A stretch of DNA of 64,000 nucleotides from the human T2T-CHM13v2.0 reference genome, Homo sapiens. The stretch lies in the NCBI RefSeq assembly GCF_009914755.1, contig NC_060929.1, one strand, 5' to 3'. The notes under the pieces are model-generated. The model was not told where the DNA came from. It worked only from the letters and a program-made list of their open reading frames with translations, and did not search any database. Shown here piece after piece: positions 52,380-64,000 of this stretch (positions within the stretch are counted from its first letter, which is position 1; every line of letters starts with the position of its first letter). The position numbers were made by a program, and so were the translations under genes.

Positions 52380-52870
52380 TGCTGCTACCTGAACCCAAAT
52401 GTTCCCTCCTTTTTTGTCAAGGCTCTGCCCACACTTGCTAAAATAATTCTTTGTATTCACTAAGGCACTTCTCTTGCCTGCTCCCAGAATGGGACATTCC
52501 ATCTGTCTGTCTAGACTCCTTTCTATCTTTACTTCTAAGTGAATTTTAGATCATCTGTGCCACCCTGGAAGGTATTTCCTTCTTTCCACATTAGCTGAGG
52601 CCCTGTTTTTTGACAGTCATCATCATAAATTAGTTTTTTTATGAAAAAACTTAGAAGTAATCAAAGATAAATGGTTATCATATACTATTTACCCTTAGGA
52701 TAAATTTACAGGAATGTGTTAAAGATTGGGCTGCAGTGTTAGACTGCTAGGTCTTAGCTAGTATTACCACTCCCTACTAGTATGACCTTGGAAAAATTAC
52801 CTGAATATATTATATTTCAGTTTTCTTTCTGGAAAAGAGAGATGGACAATAATACTTACCTGATAGAATT
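52380..52870 (+). mobile_element. L2 fragment (~52380-52600) and MIR fragment (~52720-52870)
   Basis: CTAGACTCCTTTCTATCTTT and TAGTATGACCTTGGAAAAATTACCTGA. Confidence 0.5.
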
Positions 52871-54539
52871 AAATGTGCTTAACAATAATTCTTATTGTTA
52901 TTATTTCCAGGAGTACTATTCAAAATGTTTAACAATTGGTATGGATAGGCATTTGCTTACTAGGTTGCCACGGTCACTGCCAAGGGCACCAGCCCCTCCT
53001 TGGGATTTCATACCCGCTTGTTAGGAAGGACACTTGGAGGCTGAAATACAAAAGGTTGCAGTGAGATGGCAGGTCCCAGGATGAACCCAGAGCAGTGCCT
53101 GCCAGCTTAGTGAGGATCACGTTTGAAGCTAGGTGAGCTTTCTTGGGTTTTTGAGGGGACAAAGAGCTGTGCACTGAAGACAATAGTTTGAGGTAACTGA
53201 AATAGGTACCTACCAATCAGAATGGACCCAGACTATAGTGCTGGCTCCTGGAGGCTCCTGACTACACCTTTAATTACTGGATTAAGAGGATATCTAAGGA
53301 TGAGGTGGGGTTCAGAGTAGCAACTATTTATCAATCAGTATGACCATACCTGAATACTTGTGGTATATCAACCCTGATTATTTCCTAAGTTATATTTATT
53401 AAGGCCATCACCAAAATAGGCTTTGCATATCTAAGAGTATGAAATTCAGACACGTATGTGAACAAGACTTAACTGCATATTAATTCTTAGAAATTTGTTA
53501 CCTGGAATCTCAATCTTATTTGGATATCTACGTTTTGAATCTTTTTTCCAGTTAAGTAAAATAACAGTCCTACAATATTATATGTGATTAGATCATTTCT
53601 TTTCAAATATTAAGAAAGTGCATTGAATCTTGAAGACAATGATGAGATATCCAACTCAGCAAATACACACACTTGGTTGCATAGTAGCAGACTTACACAA
53701 ACTCAGACTGAGCATTCATACATAACCTCTGGCAGTGATAAGAGATGATCTACGAACAAAAACTCTGAATGAAAATGCATTGTTTTCTGCTTCAATGCAT
53801 TTGTGCCCTGGGATAACCAGAAATAATCATTGAAACAAGCCTCTTGTTAATAATAATTACACTTCATTGTATGAAAAACAAGAACAAACAGCAATTATCT
53901 ATAATTTCTCATTTGCAACACACTCTCATTATACTAAGACTCCTTGTCTGTGTTTGATATTATTATGCTATATGTGTTGAAAAGACTCTATGAGTTTTTA
54001 AAAAGTATTTTAAACTATATTGAGCAATGCTTGGTTGATATAATGCAAGCTTAAACAGTTCCTGTTTTAAGACAGAACAGCTTCTTTGGCCAGCATAAGT
54101 TATTGAAGAAATAATGTTTTTTGGATTCCTTCAAAGAAGGCAGATTCAGTAACCAAAATAAATACACACTGTTTCTATACCAGCAAAAATTGGATCAGGA
54201 AAAAAAGAAGCAGAGATCAGCCTGGCAGTCATTACAAATAAATTTGTAAGAAAATATAATATATATGAAAATGAGGAAGCATTTTCATTCTGATACATTT
54301 TTACATTATGATGTGATACCTATCACTCCTACTTTGGATAGTTTTTACACTATATTAACTGATACTTATGTGGTTAATTTATACATAGTAATTTTGTATT
54401 TTTCCCAAATTTATTCCTATGTGTTATTGCATTTATCTTGATAGATTATAAGCTCTTTGAGGGAAGGAGTAATTTAACTCCCTTTTGTTTCAGTCCTCTG
54501 CTATATTATTCAAATTCATGGTTTGAATAACAGTTTAAA

Positions 54540-54750
54540 TTTTTTATATCACAAGTGGCTGTTTTTCAAACATCTGGTTCAATAGGATGATGATTTTACC
54601 GTAATGAGCATATTTTCCTCATCTATAAAAGAGATGATAATACCCAATTCTCATGGTTTCTGAGAGGCTTGAACGCAATCATGCTTGCAAAGCATTTATC
54701 CGTGTCTGACACGAAATGAAGTTCTCAATACATGCCAATAACTGTTCATT
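54540..54750 (+). mobile_element. MIR SINE
   Basis: TTTTCCTCATCTATAAAAGAGATGATAATACC...AAGTTCTCAATACATG. Confidence 0.7.
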
Positions 54751-57017
54751 TATTAGCATAACTACAGAGTTGAACCTAAGTCATATTCCCTAATTTCATT
54801 TTTCTAAAAGGCCAAATCAAATTAATTCTACTTGATCCAAATGAAGGCTAATAGGACTCAATAAAGCCTCTTAAACAAGCTTAGTTGCCTAAGTAACACT
54901 ATATAAACATAGTCCCAGTATGAGAGTGACTTCAGATTTGAGCAAATAGAACTAAAATGTACTACTGGAAATATGAGTCAGAGTAGCCATATTCTTGAAG
55001 AATTATTTAAGGTGTGGGCTTTTTTACATGGTGCACACAATGTTGATATTAAGTCTTCATATTTATCAAAGTAAGAAAATTGAATATTCCAGTTATGAAT
55101 GGATCATATTTGTTCCCTCCCTGGAATTTGGTTCCCAGAGAAGTTTTCCACCTTATCTACTGGCTGTCTCTAAAAAATAGTGAGAATTTAGATGTCTCTA
55201 TATGTTTTTATAGAATTTAAATGTTCAGAACATGTCTATTTTGAACATTTAAAAATATTACTCCCATCTAACTGTAATTGTGTATCCTTTGATCAACATC
55301 TCCCCATTCTCCTTACCCTCTACCCACCCCAGCTTCTGGTACCTACTATTCCACTCTCTACTTCTATGAGATCAACTTTTTCAGATTCCACATGAGTGAG
55401 ATCATGTGGTATTTGTCTTTCTGTGTCTGGTTTATCTCACTTAACATAGTATCTTCCAGGTTTATACAGATTATTGCAAATGACAGGATTCTGTTCTTCT
55501 TTATGGCTGAACAGTATTCCATTTTGTATCTATGCCACATTTTCTTTTTCCATTCATCCATTGACAGACACTTAGGTTGATTCTGTGTCTTGGCTGTTGT
55601 GAATAGTGCTGCTATAAAAAAGAGGGTGCAGATATCTCTTCAACACACTGATTTTATTTCCTTTGGATATATGCCAAGTGGTAGGATTACTGGATTATAG
55701 GGTAATGCTATTTTTAATTTTTTGGGAAACCTCATGCCATTTGACGTAAAGGCTGTGCTAATTTACATTCCCACCAACAGTGTATAAAGGTTCCCTTTTT
55801 TCACAGTCTCATCAGCTCTTGTTCTCCTATGTCGTTTTGATAATGACCATTCTAACTGGAGTAAGGTGATATGTCATTGTAATATTGATTTGCATTTCCC
55901 TCATGACTATTGATGTTGAACTTTTTTTGATACACCTATTGGCCGTTTGTACATCTTCTTTTGAGAAATGTCTGTCTATTCAGGTCTTTTGCCCATCTTT
56001 TTATCAGGTTGGATTTTTCTTGTTATTAAGATGTTTGAATTTCTTACATATTTTGGTTATTAACTTCTTACAGATGTATACTTTGCAAGTATTTTTTCCC
56101 ATGCTGTGAGTTGTCTCTTCTTTTTGTCGATTGTCTCCTTTGCCATGCAGAAGATTTTTAGCTTTATGTAATAACATTTATCTATTTTTGCTTTTGTTGC
56201 CTGTGCTTTTGAGGTCCTGTCCAGAAAATCCTTGCCCAAACCAATGTTATGAAGATTTCTCCTGTGTTTTCTTTTGGCAATTTCAAGTTTGTAATCCATT
56301 TTGCGTTGTTTTCTCATATATGATGAGACATAAAATTCTAATTTTGTTCTTCTGCATGTGGATGTCCAGTTTTTCCAGTACCATTTTTCTGAAGAGATTG
56401 TCATTTGCACATTGTATTCTTGTCATCTTTGTCGAAAATCAGTTGGTTGTAAGTGCTTGGATTTATTTCTGGGCTCTCTATCCTGTTTCATTGGTCTATG
56501 CATTGCCATCGATGCCACTACCATGCTGGTTTGGTTACTATAGCTTTGTAGTATATTTTGAAGTCAGGTAAGGTGCCTCCAACTTGGCTCTTTTTGCTCA
56601 GGATAACTTTGACTATTCTTGGTCTTTTGTGGTTGTATATAAATTTTAGGTGGTTTTTCTACTTCTGTGAAGAATATCATTGGTCTTTTGATAGAAATTG
56701 CACTGAATATGTAGATTGCTTAGGATAGTAGAGATATTTTAACAATATCATTTCTTCTAATCCATGAATACAGAATTATCTTTTTATTTATTTTTGTCTT
56801 CAATTTCTTTCATCAATGTTTTATATTTTTTATTGTAGAGACCTTTAACCTCCTTGAGTAAATTTATTCACAGTTATTTTATTTTATGTAGCTATTGTAA
56901 ATGAGATGGATTTCTTGATTTCTTTTTGAGATAGTTTTTTGTTAGTGCATAGAAATGCTACCGATTTTTTTATGTTGACTTTGTATCCTGCAACTTTACT
57001 AAATTTATGTATTCTAA

Positions 57018-57049
57018 GTTTTTGGTGGACTCTCGGTGGAATGTTTGGC

Positions 57050-57080
<31 letters not shown>

Positions 57081-57420
57081 TATGTGTATATATACACACA
57101 TGTGTATATGTGTATATATACACACATGTGTATATGTGTATATATACACACATGTGTATATGTGTATATATACACACATATGTGTATATGTGTATATATA
57201 CACACATATGTGTATATATGTATATATACACATATGTGTGTATATATACACATATACACATGTGTGTATATATACACATATATACACATATATGTGTGTG
57301 TATATATATAATAGTTTTTGGTGGACTCTTTTGGTGGAATGTTTGGCATATATACATATGTGTGTGTATATATATTAGTATATGTACATACCTGTGTGTG
57401 TGTATATATATATATGAATG
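57018..57420. repeat. Tandem duplication with expanded (TA)/(CA)/(TG) minisatellite inside L1
   Basis: AGTTTTTGGTGGACTCT..GGTGGAATGTTTGGCATATATA at 57018 and 57313; 26-bp unit TATATATACACACATGTGTATATGTG. Confidence 0.93.
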
Positions 57421-59065
57421 TCATTTGCACACAGAGACAATTTAATGCCTTTGTTTCCAATGTAGATGCATTTATTTCTTTCTTTTGACCAACTGCTCTA
57501 CGTAGAACTTCCAGTGATTCAATAGAAGTGGTGAAAATAGGCATCCTTGTCTTGCCCCACATCTTAGAAGAAAAGCTTTCAACTTTTCCATGTTCAGTAT
57601 GATGTTGGCTGTGCGTCTGTCATATATAGTTTTTACTCTGTTGGACTACATTATTTCTATACCTAACTTGTTGAGAGGTTTTTTTTCTTTTTTACTGAAA
57701 TGGTGTTGAAGTTTGCCAAATGCTTTTTCTTCATCTATTGAAATGATCATGTGATTTTGTCTTTTATCCTGTTGATGTAAATTATCATATTTATTGATTT
57801 GCATATATTGAGACATCCTTTCATCCTTGGGATGAATCCCACGTGATTATGGTGAATGATATTTTTAATATGCTATTGAATTTGGTATGCTAGTATTTGG
57901 TTGAAGATTTTTACATCTTTGTTCATCAGAGATATTGATCTGTAGTTTTCTTGTTGTTTTGTGTGCTTTTGTCTGGTTTTGGTATCAGGGTAATGCTGGG
58001 CCTATAGGAGGAATTTGACAGTGTTCCCTGCTCTTCAATTTTTTTGGAATAGTTCAAAAATATTTAGCATTAGTTCTTTAAATGTTTAGTATAATTCAGC
58101 AGTAAATTCATCAGGTTTTTGGCGTTCTTTGATGGGAGACTTTTTATTACTGATTCAATGTTTCTATCATTATTTGTTCAGATTTTCTATTTATTCATAG
58201 TTCAATCTTGGTAGGTTGTATGTGTCCAGGAATTAATCTATTTTTCTAGCTAATTCAAATTTTCATATAGAATTTTTCATAGTAGCCTCATATGATCCTT
58301 TTTTTCCCTAATGTATCAGTTGTAATGTTTCCTTTTTCATCTCTGATTTTACTTATTTGAGACTTATTTCTTTTTTTCTTAGTCTATCTACAGGTTTGTG
58401 GATTGTATCTTTTCAGAAAACCAGCTCTTTGTTTTCTTAATCTTTTGTATTGTTTAATGTCTATTTCGTTTATTTCTGTTCTAATCTTTATTTATTTTTT
58501 CCTTTACTAATTTTGGGTATAGTTTGTTCCTGTTTTTCTAATTCCCTGAGGTGCAGCATTAGGTTGCTTATTTGAGATCTTTCTTCTTTTTGATGAAGAC
58601 ATTTATTGCTATAGATTTCCCATCTTAATATTGCTTTGCTTGTATTCCATAGGTTTTAATATATTATGTTTCCACTTTCATTTAGCTAAATACATTTTTT
58701 AATTTTCCTTTTAATATCTTCATTAATGCATTTGCTACTCAGGAGCATGTTGCTTAATTTCCATGTAATTAAAAAGTTTTCAATGTTCTCCTATTATTGA
58801 TTTCTAGTTTTATACCATTGTGATTAGGAAAGACACTTCATATGATTTCGATCTTCTTATATTTGTTAAGACTTATTTTATGGCCTAGCAAGTGATCTAT
58901 CCTGGAGAATATTTCATGGACAGTTGAGAATGTGTATTCTTTGGCTGTTGGATAGAATATTCTATAAGTGTCTGTAAAGTATTTTTGGACTAGAGTATAG
59001 TTTAAGTCCTATGTATCCTTGATTTTCTGTCTGGTGAAAATGTGGTGTTATATCTGCTAGTATTA

Positions 59066-59300
59066 CAGGTTCAACATCTCAAATTCAAAAATCTGAAACC
59101 TGAAATGCTCCAATATCTGAAAGTTTTTGAGCACCAACATGACACTCTAAGAAAATGCTCATTGGATCATTTAAGACTTTAAATTTTCATATTTGGGATG
59201 CTCAAATAGTATAATGCAAATATTTTTAAATCTGAAAAAAAATCTAAAATCTGAAATATTTCTGGTCCCAAGCATTTCAGATTAAGGAATATTCAACCTG
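59066..59300. mobile_element. Tigger4a/MER46A (Zombi) MITE inserted in L1
   Basis: TA-CAGGTT...AATCTGAAACCTGAAATGCTCCAA...TCAACCTG-TA with a TA target duplication. Confidence 0.92.
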
Positions 59301-62300
59301 TACTTTATCACAGTCTCTCTCTGTCTTCAGATCTATTAATATTTGCCTAATATATTTAGGTGCTCCAATGTTGAGTGCATATATACTTATAACTATTATG
59401 TCCTCATACTAAATTGACCACTTTATTATTATATGATGACCTTTTTGGCCTCTTTATAGAGTTTTTTATTTAAAATTAATTTTATCTGATATAAGGATAG
59501 CTACTCCTGCTCTTCTTTGACTTCCATTTGCATGAAATATATTTTTCCATCCCTTCACTCTCAGTCTATGTGTCCTTATAGGTGAAGTGAGTCCCTTGTA
59601 GGCGGCACATAGTTCAGTCTTGACTTAATTTTTTCCTTGTCTTTTCATCCATTCTTGTCTTTTGATTAGAGAATTTAATCCATTTACATTTAAGATAATT
59701 GCTGACAGGTAAGGACTTACTACTGGCATTTTATTAATTGTTTTCTATTTGTTTTATTGATCCTTTCTTCTTTTATTTCTCTCTTACTGTCTTCCTTTGC
59801 AGTTAAATATTTTCATCTAGTAGTATGTCTTAATTCATAACTTTTTACTTTTTGTGTATTTATTATAAATTTTTGCTTTGCTACCATGAGGCTTACAAAA
59901 ACCTTCTTATGGTTATAACAGGTTAATGACAAGTTAACTTTGATCACAGAAGAAAAAATCAAACTGTACACTTTTATTCCAATCCCCCCAACCTCTTGAA
60001 TTTTTGATACCTCAATTTACATCTTTTTATGTTGCCTATCATTGACAAATCATTGTATTTATATTATTTTTAAGAATTTTGGCTTTAAACCTTTATATTA
60101 AAGATGTAAGTAACTTACACATCACAATAACAATATTATTCTGAATTTGTACTTCCTTTTACCAGTGAGTTTTACAATTTCAGATTTTTTTGTGTTTCTT
60201 GCTAGCATACTTTACTTTCAGCTTAAAGAACTCCCTTTAGCATTTTTTTGTAAGGCAGGTCTGGTGGTGATAAATTCCCTTAGCTGTTTGAGAAAATCTT
60301 TATTATTCCTTTATTTCTGAAGAATAGTTTTCCTGGGTATAAATTTTTGGTTACCAGGTTTATTTTTTTCTTCAGGACATTCAATATATCATTTCATTTA
60401 CTTATAGCCTGTAAGATTTTTGCTGATAAGTCTGCTGCTGGATGTATTGGACCTCACTTATTTATTGTTTGCTTCTTTTTTCTAGCTGCTTTTAGGATGC
60501 CCTCTTTCTCTTTGATCCTTCACAGTTTGATTATAATATGTCTTGGGGTAATCTTATTTGGATTGGATCTGGATATGTGTATCTGTCTCCATGTTTGGAA
60601 TGTTTTCTGCTGTTATTTAAATATTCTTTCTACTACTTTGTCTTTGTCTACTCCTTCTTTAAAACTAATACTCGAAAATGTGTTTTTTAAATGCTGTGCC
60701 ATAAGTCACATAAGCTTTCTTCGTTCCTTTTTATTCTTTTGTTTGTCTTCTGTCTATATTTTTACATAACCTACCTCCAAGTTCACACATCCTTTCTTCA
60801 GTTTAATTAAGTTCTGCTGTTGATGCTGTCTATTGCACTTTTCATTTCATTTATTGTATTTTCAGCTACAAGATTTCAGTTTATTTTTTTATTTTTTTCT
60901 TTCTGTTAAATTTCTTTCATACATTTCTGAATTGTTTCTCTGAATTTTATTGAATTTTGCTGAGCTTCCTTAAAAAAAGATATTTTAATTTTTTTGTCTA
61001 ACTCTTTAGGGTACTCATGGGTGTCTCATTTATTTTGCTTGTTTAATTACATCTTGTTTTCCTGAATGTTCTTGTTCCTTGTGGTCAAACATCAGTGTCA
61101 GCACATTGAAGAAATAGGTACTTATGCCAGATTTTGTAGTCTGATTTTATCTGGGAATGTTGCTTAATAGTAAGCCTGTTGCAGTGAATGCTTCAGCCAT
61201 TTCAGTGGCCACCTACACCTAGCAATACAACCAGCAGTTCTGCCAGTTCAACCAACAGTGCTGCCATCAAGATTCATGCTGGTTCCTGTGAGCTTTATCC
61301 CCATTCTTTGTTTCTCACTGAGCCCAGGTGATCTAGGGTTGCTGTCACTTCCCATGATTACAGGAGTATGTGATAGAAGTGAGCTTCCTGCAAAGGATCC
61401 CAAAATGATAGGGAAGCTGGGTGTCTATCTCTGATTCTTTCTCCACTGTAGAAACCATAGGTTTAGGGGATTTTTCTGCATGTAGCACTGTGCCAGCTTT
61501 GGAAAGCAGGGTTGCAGTCATGGGGAACACATTATCTAAGCATTTGATGAAAGCTTTTTCTTGCTTCTGAGGTCTGAGGGGGTGTCTTAGCCTCATTCAT
61601 TCATGAATCCTGGGATATTCAAGGTAGTAACCCTGCCAGTGGGTAGTTGCAAGTTGGGTTTCTGTGTTGTGGGGAGTGAAGCTATGGAACTCCCATTCTG
61701 TCATCTTGCTGACATAATTCCTCTGATCAAACTAATTTTCAATATTATTATATGCTAATCACTTCAAAGATGTAGTTCTTTCTAAAATGAAGCCAAATAA
61801 GTCATTTAGTCATCTATTCAATTTATGAAAAGCAAAATAATCTTTTCAATTATTTATGTAGAAAACTTTTTTTAAAGTAAACTGAAAGTTCGAGTTAAGA
61901 GAATATCCTGTGGTGTTAATTCTTGCTTCTCAGTGAATTTTAGGCTATGGCAGAATTTCTTATAATTCCCAAAAAGGTAATATCATTCTAAGAATACGTT
62001 AAAATACATCTATTTAGAATATAAACTTAAATGCCCCAAAATAACTAGAAATGGTTCAGTTATAGTAAGACCTTATTAATACAAATGTTTTAATGGGAAT
62101 TGTCCTATATCTCAGGATGCATTAAAGAAAATGCAAATATTGTTCTTTCAAATATAACTAGCAGGTCAAAATAAAAATTAGTCTGCTTAAATGAGAATTT
62201 GAATGCCACATGCATTCAAATAGTTGTGATAAATTACCTTAGATAAGTTCAAATAGATTATCTGCAACCTATTTATGGATCATTAGGCAAAATTGCCTTC

Positions 62301-62680
62301 ATCATTAAGGATATACTATAATCAACTCTCATTTTCAGATATCCTGAATTTATAGAAATGATATGTAAGCTCTTGTCAATTTAGGGTTTAGTGTTCTGTG
62401 TTACAGAAAATCCAAAAAGTTCACCAAAATTGACCTGTTCTCTTAGAAACACTAGTTTTATGAATTTAATACTTTTTTAAAGCACAAAAATAAAAATAAT
62501 TAACCAGAAAACCAGTATGTGTATATGATCAAGGATAGCTGGTTTGTGTTGAAATAAGTCCAAAGGTCTGAAATTTGATTTATTTATTTTTTCTGTCTTG
62601 TAACATGGTCTGCAAAGAGGGCTTGGGAAATGTTTTGTGTAAAGGATGTGAACAGACAACAGTTATGTTTGTTGATAAGC

Positions 62681-63440
62681 AGCCAACAAAAATATGAAAA
62701 AAATGCTCAACAGCACTAATTGTCAGAGAAATGCAAATTAAAACCAGGACATACCATCTAACAATAGTCAGAATGACTACTATTAAAAAAGTCAATAAAC
62801 AACTGATGTTGGTGAGGATGCAGAGAAAAGGGAATGGTTATACACTCTTGGTGCGAATGCAAATTAGTACAACCTATATGATAAACACTATGGCAATTTC
62901 TCAGAGAATTAAAAGTAGAACTACCCTTCAGTCCAACAATCCCACTACTGGATATCTATGCAAAGGAAAAGAAATAATTTTATCAAAAAATCACCTGCAC
63001 TCGTATGTTTATCACAGCACTAATCACAGTAGCAAAGTCTTGGAATCAACCTGTGCGTCAACATTCCATGGAATACTACTCAGCCATAAAAAAGAATAAA
63101 ATCCTGTCTTTTACAGCAACATGGATGGAACTGAAGCCATTATCCTTAGCAAAATGACCCAGACACAAAAGTCAAAAACCACGTGTTCTAACTTTTATAA
63201 GTAGGAGTCAAACAGTGGGTACACATGGACATACAGAGTGGAATAATAGATACTGGGGATCCCAAAAGGTGAAAGGTGGAAGAGGAGTGAGGTATGAAAT
63301 ACCACCTATTCCGTACAATGTACACTATCCAATGATGATTATACTAAAATCCCAGACTTTACTACTGCACAGTTGTGTTTCTATCCATGTAACACAACTG
63401 CATTTGTATCCCTAAAGCCATAAAACAAAATTAATTAAAT
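62681..63440 (+). mobile_element. L1MA (MA2-4-like) 3' fragment
   Basis: The ORF at 62731 (MQIKTRTYHLTIVRMTTIKK) is the L1 ORF2 C-terminus; 3'UTR CCATGTAACACAACTGCATTTGTATCCCTAAA. Confidence 0.92.
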
Positions 63441-63816
63441 AAAATGCTTATAATGTACCTGTGATTTGAAAAAAAAATTATAGGAGTATCCTGCAAACAT
63501 TTAAATTTTTACAAAATATTTTCAAAGTTTAGAAACAGATAATTTGCTCTCTTTAGAAACTTTATAACATCACAAGATAAAGAAAATATTTGATGAGTTG
63601 AGAAGGTGAAGATTAAGACAAATGAGTTTTCTTTTTAAATAAAGAGTAACTATGCTTAAAAAAGAAACACAACTGAGTTTGTAAACTATCATGCTAGCAG
63701 TCCTAATTATTGAGTGCGTCTGGGAGATTAAGACTTCTGTGCTAATAAATGCAAATTATAGCCAGATATAGAGATAGACAGGTAGATGATGTAGATATAG
63801 CTATATATATAGATAT

Positions 63817-64000
63817 AAGCAATTCTCTTGTCTCAGCCTCCCAAATAGCTGGGATTACAGGTTTGTGCCACCAAACCTGGCTAATTTTTGTTTTGTGGTT
63901 TTTTTGTTTGTTTGTTTGTTTGTTTTAGTAGCGACAGGGTTTCACCATGTTAGTTAGACTGGTCTTGAACTCCTGACCTCAGGTGATCAGCCCACCTCGG
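63817..64000 (-). mobile_element. AluS, tail side missing, running off the window end
   Basis: AAGCAATTCTCTTGTCTCAGCC...CTCCTGACCTCAGGTGATC; linker expanded to (GTTT)n; abuts a TA/TAGA repeat. Confidence 0.93.

Larger units (their letters stand above)
55240..61720 (-). mobile_element. Long, old L1 (L1MA7-9-like 3' end) with decayed ORF2, ORF1 region and 5' region; non-functional
   Basis: 3'UTR AGATTCCACATGAGTGAGATCATGTGGTATTTGTCTTTCTG. Minus-frame peptides MDEWKKKMW..KDKYHMISL and KDFLDRTSKAQATKAKIDK are ORF2 C-terminal remnants. Continuous T-rich L1 homology with many stops. Confidence 0.9.

Noticed and set aside
53773-53802. 10-bp-arm inverted repeat AAATGCATTG/CAATGCATTT
   Set aside because: Short and AT-rich; plausible by chance in 64 kb.
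56884-57562. Overlapping 91-182 aa ORFs
   Set aside because: Same RY-repeat artefact, flanked by decayed L1 ORF2 sequence.
55240-61720. Potentially active full-length L1
   Set aside because: Old subfamily with many stops, frameshifts, deletions and nested insertions, and no CpG-rich 5'UTR.
62731-63099. 122-aa ORF resembling a real protein
   Set aside because: It is the C-terminal remnant of L1 ORF2 in a 5'-truncated L1MA and drifts out of frame.

Overview
AT-rich, CpG-poor primate genomic DNA, most likely human or another hominoid (AluY, AluS, AluJ, MER11, THE1 and L1MA elements). It reads as intergenic or deep intronic sequence. I found no credible protein-coding exon, RNA gene, CpG island or CRISPR array. 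Every long ORF in the track is an artefact of simple repeats or a remnant of Alu, L1 or LTR sequence. Much of the window is interspersed repeats: about 15 Alus, a ~6.5 kb old L1 on the minus strand, other L1/L2/L3/MIR fragments, MER11/MST/THE1/MLT1 LTRs, and Tigger/MER/MADE DNA transposons, several of them nested. I see no evidence for a new multi-gene system; the unusual signals are structural. (1) A ~2.8 kb compound AT-rich VNTR is bracketed by a 27/28-bp inverted repeat and contains ~770 bp of unbroken purine-pyrimidine alternation with a stepwise mutation gradient (PATRR/foldback-like). (2) A MER11 LTR insertion includes a tRNA-Lys primer-binding site and a second 'GATA' end inside its target-site duplication, suggesting an aberrant retroviral integration. 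(3) A perfect 26-bp-arm palindrome lies in unique DNA. (4) A head-to-head Alu pair sits 24 bp apart with one partner truncated. Repeat subfamily names were assigned from remembered consensus motifs, not by alignment, and boundaries of old repeats are approximate.
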